Of a stretch of DNA of 64,000 nucleotides, positions 31,299 through 44,990 are shown in pieces (within the stretch, counting starts at the first letter, position 1; each line of letters begins with the position of its first letter). Below the pieces are notes generated by a model that saw only the letters and a list, made by a program, of their open reading frames with translations, ran no database searches and was not told the origin of the DNA. This DNA comes from Azolla caroliniana (Eukaryota; Plantae; Polypodiophyta), in NCBI GenBank assembly GCA_043228905.1, contig JBHGNT010000005.1, forward strand, positions 7,378,001 to 7,442,000, in the 5' to 3' direction. The position numbers were made by a program, and so were the translations under genes.

Positions 31299-34200
31299 CA
31301 GAACGTAATTTCCAAAATTATATAAAGACTCTACCTTTACACACTGTGCTAAGCACTATTTATACAAGTCCGCTTGGGATTGACAGAAGTACCATGTACT
31401 TCAATGCTCACACGAGCATCTGACACTTACTACGAGACTATAGATACCTAGTAGTCCATCCTATTCTAGGCTTCCGATTGGACTACCGGTTGCGGATTGC
31501 ACCCGGCCTCCACTGCTTGCCGGTTCGGTTGCTCACCGTCATACCGATCCGTTTCGCCCGATCCGTCTCGCTTACCGGCTCCGGCTTATTCAGCCGATCC
31601 GGCTCCGGTTGAGCTTGCCGCTCAACACTCCCCCTCAAGCTCAACCTGAGGTGGGGTCGTAGTGTCGACCTCTGTGGCAGCTTCTCCTGGCGTCACTCCG
31701 CCTTGCTCACGCTCCTCGTCCGGTCCCGTCCCGTTTGCTGCGACCCCTTCGGTTCTGCGCGCCTCGACCCTCTCGGTCGGCATGTCTGCTCAATAGGCCC
31801 ATCTCAACAATCACGTTGCTGTGACTCCGGCACTTGCCGATCCGTCAGTTCTCCCACGATGGCATCGACTTCCGCTGTGTCCGTGTCCCCTTGGCCTTCA
31901 GTCGATCCGACTCATCCGGATCCATCTGTTGATTCGAGTCAGCTGTCTCCGACTCGTTCCAGCTCTTGTCAGAATCGGTACACTCCGATTCAACTTCCGG
32001 CTTCAGGCCTCTCACCACATCAGACCACTTCCGAGTCTTGGCCTTCTCCATGCTTCCCTCAGCTTCTTCAGCCGGTGAACCGAAATCGAATTCTTCATTC
32101 GACTCCGCATCATGGTCAATACCGTCGTGATGACCTCCGCACAGCATGCACTTCTCTTCCTGAGTGCACAACTCTTCTTCACAGCCTCTTGCTCCGACCT
32201 GTTCGGATGTGTCGACTTCCTTCGTCGACTCGGCTTCCTTCATCTTCCGGCTCTCCTCTTCTTCCGGCTCTCCTCTTACCGACGGGTTCAACAGTTTTTT
32301 GGCCTTTGCCCGTTTCGGTAGAGACTTTGCCCTTGCTTCTCCCCCTCAAGTGCGGCACGTCGAGATGTTGAATACCAAGCATGTCGGTAAAGTGCTGCAA
32401 CTTGTCCGATCCGAGCGGCTTGGTGAAGATATCGGCAAGTTGCCGATCCGTATGAACATACCGTAGGTCAACTTCACCGCTCAGGACCCGCTCACGCACG
32501 AAGTGGTAGTGCACCTCGATGTGCTTTGTGCGAGCATGGAACACGGGGTTCCTGGCGAGCTGCAGGCTGCTCATGTTATCGCAGTAAATCGGGATCGGGT
32601 TTGTTACCTCGATCCGCAAGTCTCGCAGCAGTCGCCGAAGCCAAATGGCTTCACAAGTGGCAATGGTAGCGGCCCGGTACTCAGCCTCAGTGCTTGACAA
32701 AGCCACTGTGGGCTGCTTCTTGCTGCTCCACGCAACGGTCGCGCTACCTATGGAGAACATGTATCCGGAAGTGGAGCGGCGATCAGACGCATCACCGGCC
32801 CAGTCAGCATCTGTGTAACCGACAAGCTCTTCGGGTATACCTCGCCGGTATAGCAGTCCCCGGTCCTTAGTGCCGCTGACATACCGTAATATAGGTTGCG
32901 CGCACTAAAGGTGCTCCACAGTCGGCTTCTGCATGAACTGACTTACAATGCCGACCGGATAGCTGATGTCGGGTCGGGTGATGGTTAAGTAGATCAGGCT
33001 TCCGACAACCTGTCGGAACCGTTTCTCATTGCAGGCCGGTCCGGAGTTGGGACGGAGCTTCTGGTTCCGGTCCGGGGGTGAGGAGACAGGTCGGCAATCC
33101 GTCATGCCGAACTTATACAGCATATTCAACACGTAATGTCGTTGTGAGAGCAATATGTCGTCGGGGGTCCGGATCACTTCGATCCCAAGAAAATAATGAA
33201 GGTCCCCCAGGTCCTTCATTTCGAATGCGTCCGACAACTGGGACTTGACGCGGTTGATTTCGGGAAGACCCGGTCCGGTGATGACTAAATCATCCACATA
33301 CAAGAGTATACATACCGGACCGTCAGAGCCTTGCCGGATGAACAACGAAGAGTCCGACTTAGAGACAGCAAACCCCAGCTTACGCAACCGGTGCGTGATC
33401 TTTGCATTCCAAGCTCGGGGGGCTTGCTTCAAGCCGTAAAGCGACTTCTTCAGTCGGCATACCGCCGATTTGTTCATCTCCAATTGAAATCCGGGGGGCT
33501 GAGTCATAAAGACTTCTTCTTCAAGCTCTCCTTGAAGGAAGGCGTTCTTCACATCCATCTGGTGAAGATGCCACCCCCTTGCCGCAGCAACCGCCAGTAC
33601 CACACAAACCGTCGTCATCTTCGCCACAAGAGCGAAGGTCTCGTCATAGTCGATTTCGTGGGTCTGCGCGTATCCCTTCGCCACTAACCGGGCTTTGTAC
33701 CGGTTAACAGAACCGTCGGCGTTGTACTTGACCTTGTACACCCACTTGCATCCGATCGGTTTACAGTGACGGGGAGGATCAACTAGGTCCCAAGTTTCGT
33801 TGGCATCGAGTGCCCGCATTTCTTCGTCCATAGCGGCACGCCAGTTTGCGTCCTTTGCCGCTTCTGCGTAACTCTCCGGCTCGCGCACTTCTGTCACCTT
33901 AGTCATGTACGCATAATGATGCGCCATGTATTCATTGTACCCGTACCGCACGACGGGATCCTTCTAACGGGTTGATCGGCGCAATGCACCGTCACCTGAA
34001 TTGAGGCCCTTCTTGGCCAGTTCGGTCTTCGTTGCCGAAGATCTGCCTTTCTCCTTTCCGGAGTCGGATACGCACCGATCCGACTCATCGTTGCCGGTTT
34101 CGAATTCCGGCATCTTCCTCTTCCCCTTCTCTTTGCGCGTGAACCGTTTCCTCGGTTCCTTGCGCGGGGAGAGCATGGCAGAGTCTCCACCACTTGCCGT

Positions 34201-37016
34201 CTCTTCATCCGACTAGTCCAACCGACTCAGTCGCTCGTTCGGTCCACTCAACCGTAACGATTCCGGACTCTCATCTTGAGTCCCGGCTTCATCATCCTCT
34301 GCCAGGGCTGATTCAGGCTCACTGGCCTGATCTTCCGACATTGGGTCGGGATCGGAAGTCGGAGTCGGTACGGAGTACCAGGATGCCGATTCGTAGAACT
34401 CGACATCCCGGCTAACTCGGACTTCCTTCGTCCGGGGGTTCTTAAGTTCGGCTTGCGCCCGAAATACAGCTCATGAGCTGACACCTTGTCACCAATGCGG
34501 TTTTGTATGTAGACGGCCGTCCGGACCGCCTCCGCCCAGTAGAACCGAGGCATGCTCTTCTCCTCAAGCATTGTCCTTGCCGCTTCAACGAGTGTCCGGT
34601 TCTTCCTTTCGGCCACACCGTTTTGCTCTGGTGTGTATCTGCAGCTGAACTCTCGCCGAATTCCCTTCTGCTGCAGATAACTAGTGAATTGGCTGGAAAA
34701 ATATTCCTTTCCGCCATCCGACCGAAGGCATTTGATCTTCCTCTCCGATTCCCGTTCCACCATCTTCCGGAGGCTCCGGAAACAGTCGAAGACTTTGCTC
34801 TTCCACTCAATGAGGTAGATCCAAGTATGCCGAGTATAGTCGTCGATGAAGGAGACGAAGTATCGGCTCCCGCCAAGGCTTACACTTTGTGCCGATCCCC
34901 ACACATCCGAATGGATGAGATCGAGCTTGTTACGGCTCCGGTTCCGTTCGGTGGGGAATGGAAGCCGGTGTTGCTTCCCAAGTTGGCAGGCTTCACAAAT
35001 TTCGGCCCTCCGGCCGCTGAACTTCGGCAAACCAAAAACGACTTGTTTCGTTTGCAAATCTTGAAGCCTCCGGTAGTTGACGTGGCCTATCCGCTTGTGC
35101 CACAGGTCGATGTCCGACTCGACCTTCTGTCGTTTCGCGAACAGAGCGGTGCCAACGTCATTGGTGTCGAGGATAAAAATCCTCCCGTCTCTGCGCCCTT
35201 GCGCAATGACTTCACCCTCATCCTCAATGAAGCACCCGAGGTGCGTAAACCGCACCTGCATCCCCTGGTCGACAATCTGACCGACGGACACCAGGTTCTT
35301 CGTGATTGTCGGAACGTGTAATACATTCATCAGCTTCCCTTTCTGTCCGACGTGGCTTAGAGGGACTTCTCCGACGTGCACAATTGGGTGAGGAGTGTCG
35401 TCTCCGGTTTCGACTACTCATGGTTTATCTGGTTTCTCCAGAAAGGAGAACCACTCTTTGTGGCTCGTCATGTGGTTCGACGCGCCGGAATCAACATACC
35501 ACACTTCCTCCGTTTTGGAAGTGGTCTTCTTCATTGAGTTTGCCTTGTGATTCATCACCAAGGCTGGCCCCTTACCGGCCTTTCCGGTTCCGGATCCTCC
35601 TAATCCGTTTGCGTAGTGCGAGTTTTGCCGGCCATCCTTACCGGTCTTGCCGGATCCGGATTTGTCCGAATCGGCACGCTTTCTCCAGCACTCACTTTCC
35701 CTGTGGCCTTTTTTGCCACAGTACCAGCATTCCGTAGCGGATTTGTCTTGCCGGCCTCCGGTACCGCCTTGACTCCCCCTACTTGTGGAAGTCCCGGAAC
35801 TGCTGTCGGCACGCTCATAGTGCCTCCATTCCTGCTCTTGCCGGCCGCCTCCATTGCGTGCCGACTCACCTCTTCCACCACACCCACGGAGCCGATCTGT
35901 TCCCGTGTACAGCATTCGGCTGTCCGGGGATGCACTGTTAGATGCACCGGCGTGGTTCTCCTCTACAAGGAGCATTGACTGTAAGTCGAAGAATGAGGGT
36001 GTATTCTCCCTTGTACACACCGCAGTCCGGAACGCTCCGAACTTGGACGCCAGGCCTTCGAGACATACCTGCACCATCTCGTCTTCCTCTACGGTAACAT
36101 TGATAGAGGCGAGCGAGTCGCAGATCTCCTTTATCCGGCCCGTGTAGTCTGCCACGGACATGTTCTTCTGTCGAACATTGCTCAACTCCTGTCTGAGTTG
36201 CAGCTTCCGGGCAGTGGTGCTTGCGGCGAAAACCTTTTTCAGGTTCCCCCAAGCATCCTTCGGTGTCTTGGCGTCACGGATGTGGCTGAGCAGCTGATCG
36301 CCGACACTGGACGCGAAGCAGTACATCACCCTACTTGCCGCTTGTTCCCATACCGGGAAGTCCTTGTGTGCCGAGTCTGGCGCCGCATCATTTGCTCCTT
36401 CGACATAACTCCAGTACCCGTGTCCAAGCAGGTACTGGTGCATCTTGTAAGACCAGGATGCGTAGTTGCTCCTGTCGAGCTTCTCCACCGGGAGCGACAT
36501 AGCCATGCCTCTATTCATGTCTTCTACTATGTCTGTTCTCGACCTGTTAGGGTTTTCTTCTCAAGAGTAAATGTCTGCAGTAGAGGTTCTCAACCCTCGC
36601 GCTCTGATACCATGTAAACGTAAGTGTTTGCGGAAGTGTAAAACAGAGAACAACAGAGAGAGAGAGAGAGAAAGAGAGAGAGAGCAGAACGTAATTTCCA
36701 AAATTATATAAAGACTCTACCTTTACACATTGTGCTAAGCAGCACTATTTATACAAGTCCTCTTGGGACTGACAGAAGTACCATGTACTTCAATGCTCAC
36801 ACGAGCATCTGACACTTACTACGAGACTATAGATACCTAGTAGTCCATCCTATTCTAGGCTTCCGATTGGACTGCCGGTTACGGATTGCACCCGGCCTCC
36901 ACTGCTTGCCGGTTCAGTTGCTCACCGTCATACCGATCCGTTTCGCCCGATCCGTCTCGCTTACCGGCTCTGGCTTATTCAGCCGATCCGGCTCCGGTTG
37001 AGCTTGCCGCTCAACA
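31225..37016 (-). mobile_element. Full-length Ty1/Copia (C1), mildly degenerate
   Basis: LTRs at 31225-31627 and 36613-37016 (~8 substitutions plus indels). TSD ATATG. PBS 36601-36612, PPT 31628-31639. Gag-pol ORFs 36518 to 32179 with stops and an integrase deletion near 34440. Confidence 0.95.
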
Positions 37017-37035
37017 ATATGCTTACTTTAGATCA

Positions 37036-37311
37036 TGTTGGGAACTCGATGTTCCTTATGTCCGACGCTCGGCCACAACCGAGATTCTTTACATACACAG
37101 AAAAACAGGTAATGAAACGAGATACAAAAGAGGAGGAATGGTACACAGGAGGTATACGTGGAAAACCCCAAAATAGGGGAAAAACCACGGCAGCCCACAA
37201 GCTGCAAACTGTCACTATGTAGAGATATACAACAGTGAGATCACTGAGGCAACGACCTCGTGCTCACAGATCTTCGCCACAGGCGGCGGTTACAACAGAG
37301 GCAACGACCTC

Positions 37312-37377
<66 letters not shown>

Positions 37378-37713
37378 CTGTATATCTCTATACAGTTACG
37401 CGCACTGATTTCTTCTTACACCAACAAGAAAGAATAATAACAACATAAAATGACAACAACTACTTCTAAAAGTTTGCCCTAAGTCATATTTATACTAATA
37501 TGACTTTTTGGCTATTTACAAATGTAGCCTCGATGGTCTCCATCCAGCTCTCCGCAGTCGGGTACTCTCCATCCGGTTCATACCGGGCCTACACCATCCG
37601 ACTCTCCGCAGTCGGGTACTCCTCATCCGGTTCATACCGTTTCGGCCTCGGCCGAGTTTGTTCGTCGGCACTGGTCTTCTCACTTCCCATCCGGAGGGAC
37701 CTGTCTACCAACA
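37036..37713 (-). mobile_element. Solo LTR, Copia A/B family
   Basis: TG..CA ends, TSD GATCA (37031-37035 and 37714-37718), homology to LTR 29915-30560, long (CT)n. Confidence 0.92.
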
Positions 37714-37813
37714 GATCATAACTCTAACATTAATGGTTGAGGTTTTCAATTATGGATTACAAGGTTCGAGGTTCAAGTCCGGGTGACGTCATAATGGTCA
37801 TGTATTCATGACA
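37714..37813 (-). repeat. 5' fragment of a Tcn1-like LTR containing the tRNA-like module
   Basis: TGTATTCATGACA at 37801-37813 is the reverse complement of the LTR start TGTCATGAATACA at 45501. Confidence 0.7.
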
Positions 37814-38467
37814 ATTACGGTGTCGTTCATTCTCTCGACCAGTCTGTTTAGCTCTGGCGTCTTCGGCACGGTGTATTCAAGCCGGATTCCCTTCGACCGA
37901 AAGTACTCCTTGAACTGCCCTCAATATTCACCTTCGTTGTCGGCTCGAACCGCCTTTAGCTTTGGGTTGTTTTCTCTCTCGACTCTCACATGAAACTCCT
38001 TGAAGACGGACAATACATGGTCATCTATGAAGGTCACAAAGTATTTCAATCCGCCATGTGACTTCGTGTCCACGGAGCATACATCGGTATGCACGAGTTC
38101 AAGCGGTGCCTTCTGTCTCATCGGTGGTCTCGACCAGAAGGAGGTTCTATTCTGCTTGTCGGCCAAACAATCATTGCACTTCTCAAGTTGCACGTTATTA
38201 ACCTCTGGAATGAGGTTATTGTTGGCAAGTCTCCGTATCCCCTTCTCACTCATGTGACACTGTCACTTGTGCCACAGATCACCAACTCTGTCGACTGCCA
38301 CGTTTACTTCCGACCGACATATGACCGACAAGTCTCTGCACTCCCTTCTTACTCATGTGACACAATCACTTATACCACAAATCACCGACAATGTCGACTG
38401 CCATGTTTGCTTCCGACCAACATATCCGAGCATGCATCAGATAGAGTGCTAATCTTTTTAGATCGGG

Positions 38468-38988
38468 TGTCACGGACACACCAACGCTAGACTACGACAA
38501 AGCACAGATGACGAGGCTACAACAGATAAGCTTACGAACGTGGAACTCGACGTGATGGGGATAGAAACTCGGGAAGTTGGGAGCAACCAGATGAGGAACT
38601 TAAGACGCTAGGAACAATACACTAGCATAAAGACAGAGATGTAAATCAAGGAGAGAAGATGGGGTGAAACGAGAATACTAGATTGATGTGTCAATGACTG
38701 GAGTTGAATCCCTTAAAAGGGATCGAGGAGGTTACAAGTATTTATACTATGAGTTGAAGTGCATGGCATTAGAATATTCGGGAGAATATTCTAGAACCCT
38801 CTAGAACCTTCTAGTTCTAGAACTTTCTAAAAACTCCAAGAACTTGAAATAGATAATCTACTACTAATCTACTAAGATATATATAACATGACCATATATT
38901 TGGTGGTGTTGGTTAGAACACAACACTTGACTATATATAAGAGGTCAAGAGTTCAAATCTTGACATGAATGTTGGCATGTTTTTGATA
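38468..38988 (-). mobile_element. Solo LTR, D0 (Tcn1-like) family
   Basis: Homologous to 442-790; degenerate TSD TCGGG/TTGGG. Confidence 0.75.
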
Positions 38989-39615
38989 TTGGGCCACAAT
39001 CAGGCTTCTTTTGCTGAATTTCGTGATGTCGTTTTGGATTCTACCTATGTAGCCTTTGTCATCTAGCCGTCTGACTAATATCAGGTTCAGTCGAACCTCG
39101 GGAATGTGTCAGACATCTTTTAGTACCAGTCGACACCCAGTCAACGTTACCAGGCACACATCTCTGATGCCGACAATTCGACATGCACCGTCATTTCCCA
39201 TCCTAACAAGACCGTGGTCTCCAGCCTTGTATGTTGAGAAGCACTTTCTATCGGGGGTCAAGTGGACACGAATTGACTACCCATGTCGATTCGTTATCGA
39301 CAAGGTTCACCTCGTTTTGCTCACCAATGAGCAGCAATTCCTCCTCACTTGTCACGATTGCCTACATACCCTTTCAGTCCGAACTCTTCTTCGAGTCAGC
39401 ATTGTCGACTCCCCCTTTTTCCTTTCGGAAGTGTCGGCAATTTTTCTGGAAGTGTCGTATCATCCCACAATAGACGCACATGGGCCTCCCCCTTAACTTC
39501 GTCCTTGTCCTCGACTTCTCTTGGTTTTGGGGACTCCAATTTTGGCCTCTTCCTCTATGTGTGTCACTTTCCGTGACTAGTGCCTTCGGGTTGGAAACCT
39601 TGTCCTTCCGATGAA

Positions 39616-40168
39616 TGTTAGTTGGTTGACTACCAGGATCGGATTCGGACAGATGTGAAAGAAAGTCGGAGTCGAACAAGTATGAAAGTGTCGGAGTCGG
39701 ATCGATGAGTCATAAATGAATTAATATATATTTTGCCAAGTACAAAAAATAATAGAGTTAGTTAGGACAGTTTTGTTGTGGTCTTGTTGAACACGGCAAG
39801 TGTAAATCTTGAAGAGAGACGCTCAGATCACCTATAAGAAGAGGCCAAGAGCATTGTAACCGTATCGTTCTATTTTTAATTAATATAAGTTAGTAGTTAG
39901 AGTATATCTCTATCAACTGTGTTCTTACTCTTCTGTACTGCTATATGTGTCGAACTCTGGTTCTACGTCTATTAATTAATTATATTAAGAAAAATCGTTG
40001 ATCACGGTTACTAAGTAAATAGAACCGGGTTCTGTAGAACAAGTCTGAGTATAGACTATTACTAGCCATCTAATTTCCCACCACAATCATCTTGATAGAA
40101 TGTTCAAGGAGGAGCGTTCGACCTATTGTGCCTACCAGTTACAACAGTCGGTTGTCGGCATATCAACA
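39616..40168 (+). mobile_element. Solo LTR, G1/G2 Gypsy family
   Basis: Shares CCTATAA...GCATTGTAA...TAATATAAGTT with the G1 LTR and interrupts the Copia relic; TSD unclear, ends approximate. Confidence 0.65.
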
Positions 40169-41205
40169 CGGAGTTTCCTCATCCAGCAAGCTCGATTTTA
40201 CTCTTGCTAGAGACAAGTGTTTCCCTTCCAATCCAGCGTTACCCAGTGTGATGACCACCGTCTGCCAATTGTCCGGAAGGGATCCTAGATCCAACAATGC
40301 CAGTACCTCGTCGGCTAGAGGTACTTCAAGCGAGGTAGTCTGATTTATTAGCCCCTGGAAGGCGTTCATGTGTTCTGCCATATTGGTGTCATCCTAATAC
40401 TTGAGTCTCATGATTTCTCGGAATACTGAGACTCGATTCACGACATTCTTATTTTCTAACATGATGTCGATCTTCTCCCAAAGAAGATCAACCTTGTTCT
40501 CCCCATTGAAGTTGTTGTACAAGCTCATGTCGATGAAGTATCTTATGTATGCAATTGTCTTCATGTACATTAGCTCCCATGTTGATGCATCAATCTTGTC
40601 TTGTCTTTTGTCTCCAAACTGTACCGGCAACCATAGATCTTTGACCTCCAACATGTCACTCATCTTCGACATCCACACTGAATTGTTAGAATTGGTTAGT
40701 TTGAACATACCCCCAAATGAATCTTCCATTTTTCTATACTCTGATACCTATCATAAGCACATAAACATCATGGCTTCACTTGGGCTTGAACCCAAGACCT
40801 TGTAATACATAGTCAAGAACCCAACCATTAAGATAGCCTATGATCATATAAAATGGTAAAAGCTACTTTTTGTAATACACTAATTATTGTAAATACTCTG
40901 GAACATTCTAGAACATTTTAGAATATCCTAGAACATCTTACAATATTCTAGATCTAGAACATTCTAGAACGTTATAGAAATCTCTTGGCTATTCTATAGG
41001 AACCTATAAATATAGACATACAATTCTTCTCAAACCAATTCGAATCAACACCAGTCTTAAGCTCTAATCGCCTATCTTGTATCCATTCTCATTCTATCTT
41101 AATATATTCATTCTTCTCTTATCACTTCATTCCTCTCTTCTTGTGATCTCTTTACATCTTTCTTCCGCCACTCTATCTTTTCTCTTGGTTCTGACAGTTT
41201 GATTC

Positions 41206-41237
<32 letters not shown>

Positions 41238-42527
41238 CTTTATCCTCCTCAATAAACATCACGAAACCATGGGTGCCATCAATTCAAAAGAATATCTCAC
41301 CCTTATTGCAGAAATGGAGAATCTTAAATCCAAGTTCGCATCTCTTGAATTAGAGAATCAACGTCTTCTTGGAGATCTACAAAAGGTTATTGTGGAGAAG
41401 CAACAACAACAAGAGGAGTTTACGTGACAGGCACAACAATTAGAATCGACAATTGTAGTTTTACAACAACAAAGGGTCGAAGGTCAAGGAATTATCAAGG
41501 AGCCCAAAATCAGCCCCCCAACTAAATTTGATGGTTCAAGTGCGCATTTCCAAGGTTTCTTGAATCAAGTGCGGTTGGTAATTCAAATGCATCCCACAGG
41601 TTATATGACAGATGCATCACGAGTTGGGTTAGTGGGCACCTTATTGACTGGCATAGCGTTGTCATGGTTTGCTCCATTACTAGAGACAAATTCTCTTCTA
41701 CTGCATAATTTTGAGGAGTTTATCAAATAATTTAAGGTTTGCTTCGGAGATACAAATGGGGCAAGAACAACAATCAACAAGATTCGTACACTACGTCAAG
41801 TTGATCAGTCAACATCGACATATGCAACTAATTTCCATCTCATTGCAAACGATATTCCTTGGGATGAACAAGCCCTAGTAGCAATTTTGTTCTGGTCTTC
41901 GTAGTGATGTGAAGGACTGACTTCTTACCTTCCCCGAGGATCCAAAATCACTTATAGAAGCTATTACTCAAGCAATATAGTGTGATAATCATCTTTTTTA
42001 GTGTCGATGTGAGCAACAAAAACAAATAACAAGATCAAGATTCACACCAACTTATGCATCAGTAACGGCACAATCATCTCTAAGACAAACCTATAGCCCT
42101 GCTCCAACTCCAAGGTAAACACGTAGTCTAGCCCCAATGGATAGGCCTACACCCATGGAGATCGATATGACCCAACGATGAGGACCATTGTCAAACGAAG
42201 AGAAGCAACGATGATGAGCAAATTGTTTGTGCTTATATTGCGGAGGTCCAGGACATATAGCCATTCATTGCTCTCGTAGGTTGAGATGTCAGGTAAATCA
42301 AATTCACTATGACAATAAAAATGAGTCCAACATTTTAGCACTTAGTGATTCTAATATTATGAATAATCCACCATTGTCCAATAAGTTTGAAGTCCTAAGC
42401 CAATTAGAAGAGGAGTCAAACGAATAAATCCGGCCAAAATAGGCACCATTTGGTTGGACAACTCTAGATCTATACAACCTAGCATAGGTTCCACTTTATC
42501 CAAGCATGTTAGTAGAGTCTTCTCAAC

Positions 42528-43118
42528 TAACAATCGGCAACGGTTCGGTTTAAACCGAACCAAACCGCGAAACCGCGGTTTAACGGCTTAACAGTTTCAC
42601 CGGTTCAGTTCAGGTTTAGGTTTTTTTTAACGGTTCGGTTCAGTTTCGGTTTGGTTTCAGCAATAAAAAATCGCGGTTTAAACGGTTTAACGGTTTTATT
42701 TTTTTAATTTTTTTAATTTTTTAATTTTTTTAATTTTTTTAATTTTTTTAATTTTTTTAATTTTTTTAATTTTTTTTAAAAAAATTTAAAAAATTGTTTT
42801 TAAACAATCTTTTCATTTTTACTCTTATTCTCACATTTTAGGAACATCTTAAAAATTCTAAAAATTCTAAATAATGAAATATTGTAAATTTTTAAAAAAT
42901 AAAAAATAAAAAATTGACTTATGTGGAAAACCGAGACCGAACCATGAAACCGCGTTTTTTACGGTTTAAAGGTTTAACGATTTGAAAAATGTTTAATGGT
43001 TCGGTTTAAAGGTTTCACGGTTTGGTTTGGTTTGATTCAGGTTTCAAAAATTTTAAACAGTTCAGTTCCAAACTGGTTCGGTTTGGACCCTCTCAAACCG
43101 AACCGTTGCCGATTGTTA
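42528..43118. mobile_element. hAT-type MITE
   Basis: 24-bp TIR TAACAATCGGCAACGGTTCGGTTT, 8-bp TSD TTCTCAAC, AAACCG subterminal repeats. Confidence 0.93.
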
Positions 43119-44598
43119 TTCTCAACCCAAGTACAAGTTAGGACATTGAGTTGTCAACTTTAGGTCTAAGCCCTCTTAGATATCGGAGCCAATTCTTGTT
43201 TCATGGATAGAGATTTTGCCCAAAAACATCAAATATCCTTGCATACCCTTCCTTGCCCAGTTTCTGTAGTAGTGATTGATGGACGTCCCATAGCTTCCGG
43301 GAAGATATTCAAAGAGTCTGAGCCAATACACATACTTAGGTGATTTAGGATGTGTAGTTTCCTTTAACATAATCCGTAGCCCCGAGCATCCAATTGTCCT
43401 AGGTTTGCCATGGTTCGAGCTACATAACCCAAGAATCAATTGGAAGAGGCGAGAAATTTGGTGCCCTTCAGTAAAAAACATCATTGTTAAGGATCGAACC
43501 CAGGACTACTCCCTTAAAGAATATAGTCCTACCAATGCACCATCTCCTTTTCATCAAATCTCAACCATCACTTTACAACAATTGTCCCAAGTGGGAGGAA
43601 AGGAGGAACTTCTCTTATTTGTAGTATCAATGACACCTTCTAGTGCCACTCAAGGGAATTTAGACATCCAAATTCTCGAAAAATATCAAGAATATGTTGA
43701 TGTTTTTGACAAAGTCAAAGCTAGTGTACTTCCAAAGCATCGGTCGTATGATTGCCCTATTGACCTCCAACCAGGAAAAGAGCCACCGTGGGGTTCGATC
43801 TACAATCTATCACCAACTGAGCTTGAGGTTTTTCAAGAATACATCGAGAAGAATCTTGCACATGGGTTTATTCGACATTCAAAGTCTCCAACCGGTGCTC
43901 CTATAATTTTTGTGAACAAAAAGGATGGTTTGCTTCGTTTGGTCGTGGACTATCAGGGATTAAATAAAGTCACCATAAGAAATAGGTATGCTCTACCTTT
44001 AATCTCTAGTCTTTTAGAGTGCATTGGTGGGGCAAAGCATTTTACAAATATTGATTTAAGGGGTGTAAATAATCTTGTTCGCATTCGACCGGGAGATGAG
44101 TGGAAAATTGCATTTCGCACTCGGTATGGTCATTTCGAGTATATAGTCATGCCTTTCAGGCTCATAAATGCACCCGCAGTTTTCCAGCATATGGCAAATG
44201 ACATTTTCCGGGATTTTCTGGATATCTTTCTCATAATCTATTTAGATGATTTGTTGATTTACTCTAAAACACAGAAGGAGCATGATATACATGTGCAGAA
44301 AGTACTTGAACGCCTAAGAAAGTATGGTCTTTATGCCAAACTTGAGAAATGCAATTTTGATTGCAAACAAGTCGAATTTTTGGGATACACTATTTCATCC
44401 AAGGGTATTTTCATGGATCTATTAAAAGTCAAAACAATATTGGAATGGCAACCCCCACGTTCTGTTCGAGACGTCCAATGTTTCCTTAGATTTGCTAACT
44501 TCTATCGCAAATTCACATGGAATTATTCAAAGATCGTGTTGCCTCTCACCCAACTCATTAAGAAAAATCAAGCGTTTGTTTGGACTATTGAAGCGGAC

Positions 44599-44990
44599 CA
44601 TTGTTGTAAAATACTTAGCATAAAGTACGCGTACAATACGTATTCTAAGTATTCTAACTTCTTTTTAAAAAATACTTAGAATATGTATTTTATAGATAAA
44701 GTATGTTAAATACTTAGAATATGTGTGTAGAATACTTAGAATACGTGTAAAATGCATTAAATACTTCTTAAAATTTAAAGTTTTTTTTTTCAAAAAAAAG
44801 AAAATATTTTTTGAAATGATAAATACTTGTTAAATACGTTGAATACGTAGAATGCGTCAAATTTTGGGAATACGTAGAATACGTCAAATTTTTAAAAACA
44901 GCAGTTCTAAAACGTAGAATACGTGTAGAATACTTCAGAGTATTCTAAAACGTATTCTAAACGTAGAATACGTGTTTTTTAACAACTATG
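44599..44990. mobile_element. Second hAT-type MITE, inserted in the D1 RT-RH linker
   Basis: 8-bp TSD AAGCGGAC, imperfect TIR CATTGTTGTAAAA / TTTTAACAACTATG, TACGTAGAATAC repeats. Confidence 0.88.

Noticed and set aside
40769-40845. Functional tRNA gene
   Set aside because: No proper acceptor or D stem and embedded in repeated LTRs; kept only as tRNA-like.
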